Shown piece by piece: positions 22,467 through 31,838 of a stretch of DNA of 64,000 nucleotides; the first letter of the stretch is position 1, and every line of letters begins with the position of its first letter. The notes under the pieces are model-generated. The model had not been told where the DNA came from and made no database searches. It saw only the letters and a list, made by a program, of their open reading frames with translations. The position numbers and the translations under genes were made by a program. Source of the stretch: Oscillospiraceae bacterium (GTDB lineage: Bacteria > Bacillota > Clostridia > Saccharofermentanales > Saccharofermentanaceae); contig CADCJM010000004.1 in NCBI GenBank assembly GCA_902801755.1, positions 4,982 through 68,981 of the forward strand. The letters run 5' to 3'.

Positions 22467-23005
22467 TGAAAAGCAGTCCCGTAATAAGAATTGCAGACGT
22501 CAATGACGCACCCGAAGTATCGCGCCTCTTAAGAAGCGCGATGCTTACTTATTGCGCGGATTCAGGAATATCCTCCTCGATGCTCGAGGCAATGACCGAG
22601 AGTATCGAGAGCGTTGCCGACAGGATCTCCCGCCAGACCTGCCTCGTTGCAGAGATCGACGGCACAATTGCAGGTTCCATATGCATCAAGGAATGCCCCA
22701 ATCCCATGGTCTACACGTTTTCTGATAAGACTTTGGAATTCCTTCAGAATGCCGGAAGATCCTTTTATATCTCCAGGTTCGCTGTGCTCGAGAAATTCAG
22801 AAAGACAGGCCTTGGCATCGACCTAATCACAAGAGCCGTCGATACAGCACGCGGAAACGGCGCGGAATGCATACTTCTGCACTCTGCGGCAACAAATAAG
22901 AATATGGTCGAATTCTATGGAAAACGCGGCTTCAGGCTTATCGATTCCGAAAATTCCAGAGGCTATATGAGAGGCCTTTTCGCCTTAAGATCAGATAGTC
23001 TTTGA
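22466..23005 (+). CDS. GNAT-family acetyltransferase coupled to argF
   Basis: RKTGLG AcCoA motif, FYGKRGF; TGATG overlap with argF. Confidence 0.85.
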   Translation: MKSSPVIRIADVNDAPEVSRLLRSAMLTYCADSGISSSMLEAMTESIESVADRISRQTCLVAEIDGTIAGSICIKECPNPMVYTFSDKTLEFLQNAGRSFYISRFAVLEKFRKTGLGIDLITRAVDTARGNGAECILLHSAATNKNMVEFYGKRGFRLIDSENSRGYMRGLFALRSDSL

Positions 23006-23941
23006 TAAGAAGATATCGCAGTTATCAAACTCCGGATCGTCCTTGATACTGTCATAAGCCTTATCCCTTGCTTCAACACTGTCATACATCGCGAAAACAG
23101 CGCTGCCGGAACCGGTCATGCGGCTGTATTTTGCGCCTGTGTTAAGCAGGGCTTCCCTGACTTTCCTTATAAGCGGAACCTTCTCCTCAGAAGGGATCTC
23201 GAGATCGTTTGTAAGAAGATCCCCGCCTTCAAGGAAACGGCTCAAAGCATCCTTCTCATCACTGTTAATTCCCGCGATAAAAGCCTCATAACGGTCTTCA
23301 TCGAATACCGGCAGGGGCTTGCTGTCTATCGCATGGAAGCACTCGGGTGTGGATACTCCCTCATAAGGCTTAACGATAAGAAGCGGAATATCCGAAAGCG
23401 GATAGAGATCTCTTATATCTTCACCGACTCTCTCGCAAAGACATGTTCCGCCGTAAAGGAAGAACGGAACGTCAGCGCCGACATTAACGGCCAGCTGTGC
23501 GAGTTCCTCCTCAGTAAAGGGCTTTCCGAAATGCTCCTGGAGTACCATAAGCACAGCGGCCGCATCGGAACTTCCGCCGCCCATGCCTGATTCAGAAGGG
23601 ATCTGCTTGGTAAGCACGATCTCGATATAAGGGAATCTGTTATTTTTCCAGAGCTCGGCATTGGGAACAGAAGGATCTGCTGCTGCCTTTCTGCGCAGTG
23701 ATGAAAGGAATCTGTCCTTTGCTTTGCTGCAAAGGTTCTTCTCGGGATCGATATCATTTCTGCCTATGCATTTGATATCAAATCCGCCCTCACGCTCAGG
23801 ATAGATATTGATAGTAAGCGAATCCGCAAGATCGATCTCCTGCATTATTGAATATAAGCTGTGATAGCCGTTGGGAAGTATCCCGCGCACACGCAGGAAC
23901 AGATTCAGTTTGGCATTAGCTGTTATCTCATAAGAATCCAT
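22991..23941 (-). CDS. ispE: 4-diphosphocytidyl-2-C-methyl-D-erythritol kinase
   Basis: AKLNLFL, GMGGGSSDAA, GADVPF, MTGSGS. Confidence 0.94.
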   Translation of the reverse strand: MDSYEITANAKLNLFLRVRGILPNGYHSLYSIMQEIDLADSLTINIYPEREGGFDIKCIGRNDIDPEKNLCSKAKDRFLSSLRRKAAADPSVPNAELWKNNRFPYIEIVLTKQIPSESGMGGGSSDAAAVLMVLQEHFGKPFTEEELAQLAVNVGADVPFFLYGGTCLCERVGEDIRDLYPLSDIPLLIVKPYEGVSTPECFHAIDSKPLPVFDEDRYEAFIAGINSDEKDALSRFLEGGDLLTNDLEIPSEEKVPLIRKVREALLNTGAKYSRMTGSGSAVFAMYDSVEARDKAYDSIKDDPEFDNCDIFLSKTI

Positions 23942-24054
23942 AAGGATCTCCAAGTCATTCGCCGAACAAGTCGGGTAAGGTCTATATATAAATTTTACCT
24001 TATATTTAGATTAAAGCAAAACCGGATGGAACAGGATCTGCCTGATCCAATATA

Positions 24055-24097
24055 AAAGCACTGTCAAAAACTGATCAGATCAGCAGTGACAGTGCTT
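24055..24097 (-). terminator. Terminator after veg
   Basis: AAGCACTGTCA/TGACAGTGCTT stem. Confidence 0.65.
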
Positions 24098-24120
24098 AAA
24101 ACTTCTAAATTAATCTCAGA

Positions 24121-24390
24121 TCAGACGGCTACTTCTTCCTGAGCCTTCTCGGGCATGATCCCTACTCTTACTGTTCTTGTGAGAACGTCGATGTATGAGA
24201 AGGATACGAGAGATTCCTTGCCTGCGTCATTCTTGCAGAGCATCGTGAAAACGTTAGGATAGCAATGCTCAACTGTGCCGATGTAAGTGATGATCCTCTT
24301 GCGTCCGCCGTTCGTCTTGCAAACTATACGCTTGCCGATGAGCTCTTGAAACTTAGCCTTACACATTTCCAAATCGGAACTGATAATCAT
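24121..24390 (-). CDS. veg: Veg family protein
   Basis: NGGRKR...YPNVF...SFSYIDVLT; veg-ispE synteny; ATG behind GGAGG. Confidence 0.88.
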   Translation of the reverse strand: MIISSDLEMCKAKFQELIGKRIVCKTNGGRKRIITYIGTVEHCYPNVFTMLCKNDAGKESLVSFSYIDVLTRTVRVGIMPEKAQEEVAV

Positions 24391-24476
24391 ATGTATTCCC
24401 TCCGCCCGGGGTATTGTTGATAAATATTGCAAACGCCTTAAAGGAACATTACGGAAATATTACCAAACTTGCACCA

Positions 24477-24505
24477 ATGCTAACATTTCCTTGACATATT
24501 GTCAA
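24477..24505 (-). promoter_or_regulatory. veg promoter
   Basis: TTGACA-17-TAGCAT with extended TG. Confidence 0.6.
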
Positions 24506-24512
24506 CGAGAAA

Positions 24513-24560
24513 ACACAACATTTAGTAAAAAAACACCAGTTATCTCACAAAATATAGTGG
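24513..24560. promoter_or_regulatory. Tandem NrdR-box-like sites
   Basis: ACACAACATTTAGTAA and TCACAAAATATAGTGG, starts 32 bp apart. Confidence 0.55.
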
Positions 24561-24608
24561 TTAGGTAGAAGTTTTTCTATTTTCTTACAGAACAGCATTT
24601 AACTCTCA

Positions 24609-24637
24609 TTGAAAAGGCTGTCTTTTTACAATACAAT
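24609..24637 (+). promoter_or_regulatory. fhs promoter
   Basis: TTGAAA-17-TACAAT. Confidence 0.6.
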
Positions 24638-24676
24638 CGTAGCATTACTCTAAAAAACAGATAGGAGAGGTCAAAA

Positions 24677-26350
24677 ATGCTTAGTGATATTGAGATAGCC
24701 CAGAGCGCAAAGATCAAGCCGATCGCAGAAGTCGCAGAGCAGGCAGGAATCGATCCTGACAAGCTCGAAATGTACGGTAAGTACAAAGCAAAACTCCCGT
24801 TAGACTACATTCAGAACCTGCCCGAGAGACCTGACGCAAAGCTCATCCTCGTTACAGCGATGAACCCCACACCCGCAGGTGAAGGCAAGACAACAGTAAG
24901 CATCGGTCTCGCCCAGGGCTTAAAGCTCATAGGCAAGAAACCTATCCTCGCATTAAGAGAACCTTCATTAGGACCTGTATTCGGCGTCAAGGGCGGTGCC
25001 TGCGGCGGCGGTTATTCACAGGTCGTTCCGATGGAAGATATCAATCTCCACTTCACAGGTGACCTCCACGCAATCACTACTGCAAACAACCTTCTTGCAG
25101 CTCTTATCGACAACCACTTATTCCAGGGCAACAGCCTCAATATCGATAAGGACAGGATCTTATGGAAGAGATGTCTCGACATGAACGACAGATGCCTTAG
25201 AGCAGTAACTGTCGGTGTCGGCGGCGGCACAAAAGGCGTTACACGTCCTGAGATCTTCCAGATCACGGCAGCTTCAGAGATCATGGCTATCCTCTGCCTT
25301 GCAAAGGACATGGATGACCTCAAGGTCAGATTGGACAGGATCGCGATCGCCTATGACATGGACGGAAACATCGTAACAGCAGGCCAGCTCGGTGCTACCG
25401 GAAGCCTTGCTACATGCCTTAAGGACGCTATGTGCCCTAACCTCGTTCAGTCTCTTGAAGGTGTTCCCGCTCTTGTTCACGGCGGACCTTTCGCAAACAT
25501 CTCACACGGCTGCAACACATGCATCGCTACAAAGACAGCATTAAAGCTCAGCGATATCGTAGTAACCGAAGCAGGATTCGGTGCTGACTTGGGCGCTGAG
25601 AAGTTCCTTGATATCAAGTGCAGAGATCTCGGCATCTGGCCTGATCTCGTAGTTATCGTAACTACAGTAAGATCTCTTAAGTACAACGCGGGAATTCCCA
25701 AGCAAGATCTCTCCAATCCTAATCCGGAGGCTGTTAAGGCAGGTCTTGCAAACGTATTAAGACACATCCGAAACATGCAGAATTTCGGCATTCCGGTACT
25801 CGTTGCTTCCAACAGATTCCTTACAGATACCGAGGAAGAACTCGCTATCGTTGAAGAAGCATGCAAGGCTACAGGCGCCGAGTTCGCTCCAGCAGAGATT
25901 TTCGCAAAGGGCGGCGAAGGCGGAATCGACCTCGCAAACAAGGCTGTATCGATCCTTGATCAGAACAAACCCAAGAAGCCTGTTTACAGCTATGAGCTTA
26001 CAGATTCTGTCGAAGACAAGATCTATAAGGTAGCTACAAAGGTTTACGGCGCAGGCAAGGTCGACATCCTTCCCGAAGCACAGGAGAAGATCAACGAATT
26101 CGTTGCAAAGGGATACGGCAACCTTCCTATCTGCATCGCTAAGACCCAGTATTCCCTGTCCGACGATCCGAAGAAACTCGGCAATCCAGAGGGCTTCACA
26201 CTTACAGTAAGAGACTGCTATATCTCAGCAGGCGCAGGCTACCTCGTTATCCTCACAGGTACGATCGTAACCATGCCGGGACTTCCCCCGCACCCTGCTG
26301 CCATGGATATCAACATCGACAACAACGGTGTAATTACAGGACTGTTCTGA
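24677..26350 (+). CDS. fhs: Formate--tetrahydrofolate ligase
   Basis: TPAGEGKTT, HGGPFANI, TEAGFGADLG. Confidence 0.98.
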   Translation: MLSDIEIAQSAKIKPIAEVAEQAGIDPDKLEMYGKYKAKLPLDYIQNLPERPDAKLILVTAMNPTPAGEGKTTVSIGLAQGLKLIGKKPILALREPSLGPVFGVKGGACGGGYSQVVPMEDINLHFTGDLHAITTANNLLAALIDNHLFQGNSLNIDKDRILWKRCLDMNDRCLRAVTVGVGGGTKGVTRPEIFQITAASEIMAILCLAKDMDDLKVRLDRIAIAYDMDGNIVTAGQLGATGSLATCLKDAMCPNLVQSLEGVPALVHGGPFANISHGCNTCIATKTALKLSDIVVTEAGFGADLGAEKFLDIKCRDLGIWPDLVVIVTTVRSLKYNAGIPKQDLSNPNPEAVKAGLANVLRHIRNMQNFGIPVLVASNRFLTDTEEELAIVEEACKATGAEFAPAEIFAKGGEGGIDLANKAVSILDQNKPKKPVYSYELTDSVEDKIYKVATKVYGAGKVDILPEAQEKINEFVAKGYGNLPICIAKTQYSLSDDPKKLGNPEGFTLTVRDCYISAGAGYLVILTGTIVTMPGLPPHPAAMDINIDNNGVITGLF

Positions 26351-26356
26351 TTCCAG

Positions 26357-27598
26357 ATGAGAAGACCAAATCCGACATTTCTGAAGAAGGCTGAAGGGAT
26401 AAAGACATCCCGTAAAAAGCGTACTCTGATAATCATATTGGTTGCGCTGGTGATAACTTTCGTCGTAGTCTTCATTAACTCGATAGCGGCTTCACAGGCT
26501 ATGTACCGCCTTCAGTATCCCGGACTTGTCGGTGCGGCATCAACTACAACTACCGAGTACTCTGCTTATCAGAGACCGGTACATACAACAACGGAAACTA
26601 CAACAGAGGTAACGACGACCGCGACAACCACCCTCCCGCATGCGGTGCTTGCCGCGTCGCCCACACCTTCCCCCTCTCCTGAGGATCTGGGACGTACACA
26701 GAACAACTCCCCCGACCTTTATATTGAGGACCCTAACTTCAGTTTCCAGCCTATCGCGATCCAGACGGCATCCTATCAGCAGCGTGCCGTCATGCTCGAC
26801 AATCTTAAGGAACAGGTCACCAATTACCAGAAGAGCCACTCAAATCTCAGAATCTGCTATGAGTTCATTTCCCTTTCCACGGGAGAGAGAATGGGCGTGG
26901 ATGAGCTTGACCCGGTCGTTCCTTCAGGTGCAATGTCTATTCCTGTCTCCATTGTCCTTTATGACAAGGTTGCAGGAGTAACAGGACCTTTGTCGGAAGT
27001 AATAACCTACAACAGCAGTTACAAGGGTTCACGCTATTCTTCATATATCGCGAAAAATTATTCCTACGGCAAGCAGTTCTACTTAAGAACGCTCCTTAAC
27101 TATGCCGTCTCCAAGAATGACAGCATCGCACTGAACTATGTAATCAATTATCTCGGCGGCACCGAAGAGGTCCTCAAGGATATCAGAAAGATCAGCAGTT
27201 ACATATCTTTCGATGACAAGGTTATCTACAAGGATTACAGCGGCAAGGAATACCGTACATCCGGAACGATATCATGCTATGACATGGGCCAGTATCTCTC
27301 ATACATGTATCACACCTTCACGATCAACCCTTCAGTCAACCAGCGTCTGTTCAATGACATGGCATCAAATGAGATCGCTTCCCCTCTTGGAGCAGCTTTC
27401 CCCCAGGGCACGAAGATCCTTCACGTCCTTGGAAGAAACACCGAGAGAAGGGCATATATGGAGTGCGCCATCGTAGACTACAAAGAACCTTTCGCGCTCA
27501 TTATCTATGTTGAGGCCGGAAGCTCGGATGCTGCAGGCACTGCAATAGCAACACTTGGAAAACATACTCAGGAGTTTATTGAGGCCTGCTATAAATAA
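26357..27598 (+). CDS. Membrane-anchored class A beta-lactamase-like protein, degenerate active site
   Basis: TM, Thr/Pro linker, then Beta-lactamase2-like layout; SxxK/SDN/KTG replaced. Confidence 0.65.
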   Translation: MRRPNPTFLKKAEGIKTSRKKRTLIIILVALVITFVVVFINSIAASQAMYRLQYPGLVGAASTTTTEYSAYQRPVHTTTETTTEVTTTATTTLPHAVLAASPTPSPSPEDLGRTQNNSPDLYIEDPNFSFQPIAIQTASYQQRAVMLDNLKEQVTNYQKSHSNLRICYEFISLSTGERMGVDELDPVVPSGAMSIPVSIVLYDKVAGVTGPLSEVITYNSSYKGSRYSSYIAKNYSYGKQFYLRTLLNYAVSKNDSIALNYVINYLGGTEEVLKDIRKISSYISFDDKVIYKDYSGKEYRTSGTISCYDMGQYLSYMYHTFTINPSVNQRLFNDMASNEIASPLGAAFPQGTKILHVLGRNTERRAYMECAIVDYKEPFALIIYVEAGSSDAAGTAIATLGKHTQEFIEACYK

Positions 27599-27600
27599 CA

Positions 27601-27656
27601 AAAGGAACCCTCGTCACTGTCCTCGCTCCGCTTGCGGATGTGACCCGGATTCCTTT
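27601..27656. repeat. REP-like palindromic element
   Basis: AAAGGAA..GTCAC..TCC-TCGCTCCGCTTGC-GGA..GTGAC..TTCCTTT. Confidence 0.5.
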
Positions 27657-27704
27657 AGTTCTTTTAGATTGTCCTAATATTAGAAGTGTCATATTTTTCT
27701 TTTA

Positions 27705-27713
27705 TGTTATAAT
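27705..27713 (+). promoter_or_regulatory. Extended -10 promoter upstream of the hairpin RNA and dnaX
   Basis: TGTTATAAT. Confidence 0.65.
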
Positions 27714-27731
27714 CCATAGTGTTTGAAATAC

Positions 27732-27825
27732 GAGTTCGTCCCGCGCGGTCTGCCGCCGGCCAAGGTCCCGTGCGCGCCGCGGGTCAAGCCTTACCGACGG
27801 CAGTTCGGGCGGGACGGACTTTTTT
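27732..27825 (+). ncRNA. SRP-RNA-like (ffs/scr) long hairpin lacking the conserved S domain
   Basis: About 90-nt rod hairpin plus U-tract at the usual Firmicute scr position before dnaX; GGTCCCGTGC and GCCGCGGGT arms present, CAGG-GGAA-AGCAG helix absent. Confidence 0.55.
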
Positions 27826-27860
27826 ATTAGTTTTTTGAATTCGGCTTTAAGGAACCAACT

Positions 27861-30092
27861 ATGGAAGATCATATCGTTCTCTACAGACAGTACAGGCCTA
27901 TTACTTTCGACGATGTAGTCGGTCAGGAAGCCGCTGTTACTGCCCTCAGGCAGTCAGTAGTGTCAAAGAAGCTCGCTCACGCTTATCTTTTCTGCGGACA
28001 GCACGGCACAGGCAAGACGACGATCGCCAAGATCTTTGCAAGAAGTGTCAACTGCGAGCATCCCGTTAACGGCAATCCCTGCAACGAATGCCCTACATGC
28101 AAAGGCATCCTGGACGGTTCCATCCTTGATGTTACCGAGATGGATGCTGCGTCCAATAACGGTGTCGACGACATCAGGCCTATCCTTCAGGAAGTTAATT
28201 TCGCTCCTACAAGAACGACATACAAGGTTTATATCATCGACGAGGTTCACATGCTCTCCAAGGGCGCATTCAATGCCCTCCTCAAGACTATCGAGGAGCC
28301 CCCGAAGCATGTCATCTTCATTTTCGCTACTACAGAATCAGACAAGATCCCTGCGACCATCATCTCAAGATGCCAGAGATACGACTTTAAGAGGATCCCG
28401 ATTGATCTTATTTCCGGCAGATTAAGAGAAGTCTGCGGCAAGTCAGGCATCAGGGCTACAGATGACGCTCTCCGTCTCATCGCTTCAAGATCTGACGGCG
28501 CTCTGCGTGACGCTTTGTCCCTTTTAGACCAGATATCCGCTATCTCCGGAGAAGGCAAGGAGATCAATTCCCAGGATGTCGAGAGGATCACAGGTACCGT
28601 GGACAGTTCCTTCCTCTTTAAGATGGCTAACTGTCTTATCGATGCCAGATTCGACGAACTTATCGATCTTTGCGAGATCTTAAATGCATCCGGCAAGAAC
28701 CAGGCGCGCTTCACCTTGGACCTTGCCGCATATTTCAGGGATCTCCTCATCATCAGGGTCAAGGCAGATCCCATCATATATCTGCCCTACCCCAAAGAGA
28801 CCATCAAGGATATGTATCAGACCGCTGCAAAGGTCAGCGCCGATACACTGACCGGATATATCAGCTATCTTTCCAAGGAATATGCGGAGCTCAGAAAGTC
28901 TCCCGATATTCCCACGAGCTTTGAGCTCATGCTGATGCGCCTTTGCGGAAGAAAGTCCGCTCTGCCGGTAACGCCTATCGTTATCCCCGACTTCGAGAAG
29001 AAGCAGGCGGAGAAGGCCGTAACCATAACTCTTGATGAACCCAAGGCACCTGCAGAGCCTGCGAAAATCGAAGAGCCTTCCAAGGCAGAAGCAGAACCCG
29101 TTAAGGCAGAAGAACCGGTTAAGCCGGAAGAACCCGAGAATAAGCCTGAGGAAAAGCCCGCAGAAGAGCCCAAGCCGGCATTCTCTGCACCTGCTCCCTA
29201 CAGGCCCCAGCCTTCGGCGGCGCCTGCAGGATCTTTCTCATTCGGCAGTTCATCAGTTGAAGCAAAGCAGCCTGAGCCTTCCGGATCCTCATTTGACGCT
29301 TTCTTCACACCCAAGGCTGAAGAGAGCTCTGTTCCTGAGCCGGAAGAGCCTTCGGAAGATCCCGATGATGCATATATTCCGGGTGATGCTTCCTTCAATG
29401 AGCATACAGAGCCCACTATCTTCTCGTTTATGCCCAAGGAGCCTGAGAACAGCGTAAGCTTCAGCTTCGATGAGCCTGAAGAACCTCAGGAAAGCCCTTC
29501 AAATGAACCTGAAGAGCCTTCTCCTTTTGCAGGCAGCCTTTTTGCAGGCCTGTCTTCATCCTTCCTTAAGGATCTGGCAGGAGATGCAGAGGAGGAAGCA
29601 AAAGCCGAAGAGCCTGAGGTACAAGAGCCCGCAAGACCGCGTTCGCAACTTGCCGAACAGGCTGACAGAAGCGGACTTATCGTGGACGGCAGACGCCAGG
29701 CAGCAGTCAGGGCGCCTTCGTTCAGCGGTGAATCGACTGATGTCGATTTCAGATGGTCCAATATCACAACAAAGCTTAAGGAGAGCAACGACAATATCGC
29801 TGTTATCTTAGAGCATACAAAGCTTAAGAAGGACGGTACTTCCGCTTATATCGTTTTCGACGACAAGGACACGAAGCTTTTGTCCAATCTTAAGAGATCA
29901 CAGGCTTTCAGACAGATCTCCGCAGGGATCAAGGATGAGTTCGGTGCAGAACATCTTTACCTTTGCACGAACACCCAGTATTCCAACCTGGAGAAGAAGA
30001 ACCAGGAGTCTGAGCTTGAGAAGAAGTTAGATGACTTAAATGAACGTTCCAGGAATATGGGAGTTCCCACAGACTTCCATTTCGGTGACTAA
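27861..30092 (+). CDS. dnaX: DNA polymerase III subunit gamma/tau
   Basis: LYRQYRP, GTGKTT, IDEVHMLS, SRC; long Pro/Glu linker. Confidence 0.97.
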   Translation: MEDHIVLYRQYRPITFDDVVGQEAAVTALRQSVVSKKLAHAYLFCGQHGTGKTTIAKIFARSVNCEHPVNGNPCNECPTCKGILDGSILDVTEMDAASNNGVDDIRPILQEVNFAPTRTTYKVYIIDEVHMLSKGAFNALLKTIEEPPKHVIFIFATTESDKIPATIISRCQRYDFKRIPIDLISGRLREVCGKSGIRATDDALRLIASRSDGALRDALSLLDQISAISGEGKEINSQDVERITGTVDSSFLFKMANCLIDARFDELIDLCEILNASGKNQARFTLDLAAYFRDLLIIRVKADPIIYLPYPKETIKDMYQTAAKVSADTLTGYISYLSKEYAELRKSPDIPTSFELMLMRLCGRKSALPVTPIVIPDFEKKQAEKAVTITLDEPKAPAEPAKIEEPSKAEAEPVKAEEPVKPEEPENKPEEKPAEEPKPAFSAPAPYRPQPSAAPAGSFSFGSSSVEAKQPEPSGSSFDAFFTPKAEESSVPEPEEPSEDPDDAYIPGDASFNEHTEPTIFSFMPKEPENSVSFSFDEPEEPQESPSNEPEEPSPFAGSLFAGLSSSFLKDLAGDAEEEAKAEEPEVQEPARPRSQLAEQADRSGLIVDGRRQAAVRAPSFSGESTDVDFRWSNITTKLKESNDNIAVILEHTKLKKDGTSAYIVFDDKDTKLLSNLKRSQAFRQISAGIKDEFGAEHLYLCTNTQYSNLEKKNQESELEKKLDDLNERSRNMGVPTDFHFGD

Positions 30093-30131
30093 ATAAACTG
30101 TTGAACAGATTAATTTTCGGAGGTTTTAAAA

Positions 30132-30470
30132 ATGGCTAAAGGATTCCGTGGCGGAATGGGAATGGGCGGCAATATGAGCCAGGTTATGGCTCAGGCTCAG
30201 AGAATGCAGAGACAGATCGAGATGGCTCAGGCTGAGATCCAGGAAATGCGTTTCACAGGCACAGCAGGCGGCGAACTCGTTAAGGTCACAGTTACAGGCA
30301 AGCACCAGTTAGAGAGCGTGGAGATCGCTAAGGAAGTCGTTGATCCCGATGATATCGAGGGTCTCCAGGATCTCATTATCGCAGCTGCAAACCAGGCTCT
30401 CGAGCAGATCGACAAGACTAACCAAGAGCGTATCGGCGCCATCACAGGCGGCATGAAGATGCCCTTCTGA
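30132..30470 (+). CDS. ybaB: YbaB/EbfC nucleoid-associated protein
   Basis: AGGELVKV, VDPDDIEGLQDLI; dnaX-recR synteny. Confidence 0.94.
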   Translation: MAKGFRGGMGMGGNMSQVMAQAQRMQRQIEMAQAEIQEMRFTGTAGGELVKVTVTGKHQLESVEIAKEVVDPDDIEGLQDLIIAAANQALEQIDKTNQERIGAITGGMKMPF

Positions 30471-30472
30471 TA

Positions 30473-31096
30473 ATGGCAAGATATTCTCCTTCAATTCAGA
30501 ATCTCATAGCACAGCTCAGCAGTCTTCCGGGTATAGGCGGCAAGTCTGCGCAGCGCCTTGCATTCCACATCCTTGCTATGGATGATAAGGATGCCGAGGC
30601 ACTGACGTCTTCCATAATGGCAGCAAGGCAGTCCACAAAAAGATGCACATGCTGCCAGAATTTCACGGACTCTGACCCCTGCCCTATCTGCTCCGATCCT
30701 TTGAGGGACAAGACGACTATCCTGGTCGTTGAATCTCCCAGAGATGTATCGACATTTGAGCGTGCCCACGAATATAAGGGACTTTACCATGTTCTTCACG
30801 GTGTATTTAACCCGATGAAGTCCATGAGCATATCAGATACCACCATCCCTGACCTTATCAAGAGGCTTGCTGACCACCCTGAGGTATCAGAGGTTATCGT
30901 TGCGACGAACCAGACAGCCGAAGGCAATGCCACGGCTCTCTACCTCTCGAGAATGGTAGGTCCTTCAGGCATCAAGGTGTCACGCCTTGCATCAGGTCTT
31001 CCCATGGGTTCTGATATCGAATATGCAGATGATCTGACTCTCCTCTCGGCACTGAAGGGCAGAGTCATGCTTTCAGGAGATAATAATGAGGCTTGA
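30473..31096 (+). CDS. recR: Recombination protein RecR
   Basis: LPGIGGKSAQRLA, C4 zinc finger, Toprim. Confidence 0.96.
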   Translation: MARYSPSIQNLIAQLSSLPGIGGKSAQRLAFHILAMDDKDAEALTSSIMAARQSTKRCTCCQNFTDSDPCPICSDPLRDKTTILVVESPRDVSTFERAHEYKGLYHVLHGVFNPMKSMSISDTTIPDLIKRLADHPEVSEVIVATNQTAEGNATALYLSRMVGPSGIKVSRLASGLPMGSDIEYADDLTLLSALKGRVMLSGDNNEA

Positions 31097-31328
31097 TAAA
31101 TTCCTTAAGTTATCCAGAGTGATCAAGCGCAGGACCGTTGCAAACGATGTGTGCCAGGCAGGAAGAGTTACCGTTAACGGAAAGCCTGCCAAGCCTTCAG
31201 TAAAGCTCAAGGTCGGAGATGTCGTATCCATTCTCTTCGGCAGCGGCGAAGTCACATTCAGGGTCCTGTCGCTTCAGGAAACAGTCAGAAAAGAAGAAGC
31301 ATCCTCGATGTACGAACTTCTTGATTGA
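31086..31328 (+). CDS. yabO: S4-domain RNA-binding protein (YabO/RqcP)
   Basis: MRLDKFLKLSRVIKRRTVA. Confidence 0.9.
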   Translation: MRLDKFLKLSRVIKRRTVANDVCQAGRVTVNGKPAKPSVKLKVGDVVSILFGSGEVTFRVLSLQETVRKEEASSMYELLD

Positions 31329-31439
31329 TATTATAGGTCACTAATATTACAAGTACTTTAAGTTTAACCCCGGGTTGTTGTTTTGCACCCGGGGTTAAGT
31401 AATAATAACTGTATATCGCTATATTTACGGAGGCATAAC

Positions 31440-31751
31440 TTGCGCAAAGTCAGACGCAAATCAGGTGGAATATCTTTCTTGACGGCAATGATCTGCATCG
31501 TCTGCGTAGTCGTATGCATTCTCTGCATCACCAAGTATGCCAACATCAACAGACAGAAAGAGCGTCTCATGGCGGAGAACTCCTCCCTTGTCGCCCAGTC
31601 TGAAGCATTATCCGATAAGTTAAAGCAGATAAGAGCCCAGGAGGAATTCGGCAAGGACGACGCATATGTCGAGAGCGTAGCAAGAACTCAGCTCGATATG
31701 GTCTATCCCGGCGAAGTAATCTTCAGAGTATCGGGTGATAAGTACAATTAA
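31440..31751 (+). CDS. divIC: Septum formation initiator (DivIC/FtsB family)
   Basis: TM, coiled coil, YVESVARTQLDMVYPGE; TTG start behind GGAGG. Confidence 0.8.
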   Translation: MRKVRRKSGGISFLTAMICIVCVVVCILCITKYANINRQKERLMAENSSLVAQSEALSDKLKQIRAQEEFGKDDAYVESVARTQLDMVYPGEVIFRVSGDKYN

Positions 31752-31796
31752 CAGAAAGAAAAGTACAACAAAGACCGGATAATATTTCACATAATG

Positions 31797-31838
31797 TCAG
31801 GATATAGGATTAAATATTCTTTTCCTGACTTTTTATTT
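31797..31838 (+). terminator. Probable terminator after divIC
   Basis: GTCAGGA/TCCTGAC stem plus T-tract. Confidence 0.55.

Noticed and set aside
24560-24676. THF or ZMP/ZTP riboswitch before fhs
   Set aside because: The predicted leader is only about 35 nt, AT-rich, and has no aptamer motifs
28990-29640. dnaX programmed frameshift or tandem repeat in the Pro/Glu region
   Set aside because: No A-AAA-AAG or poly-A slippery site seen; a low-complexity linker is common in tau
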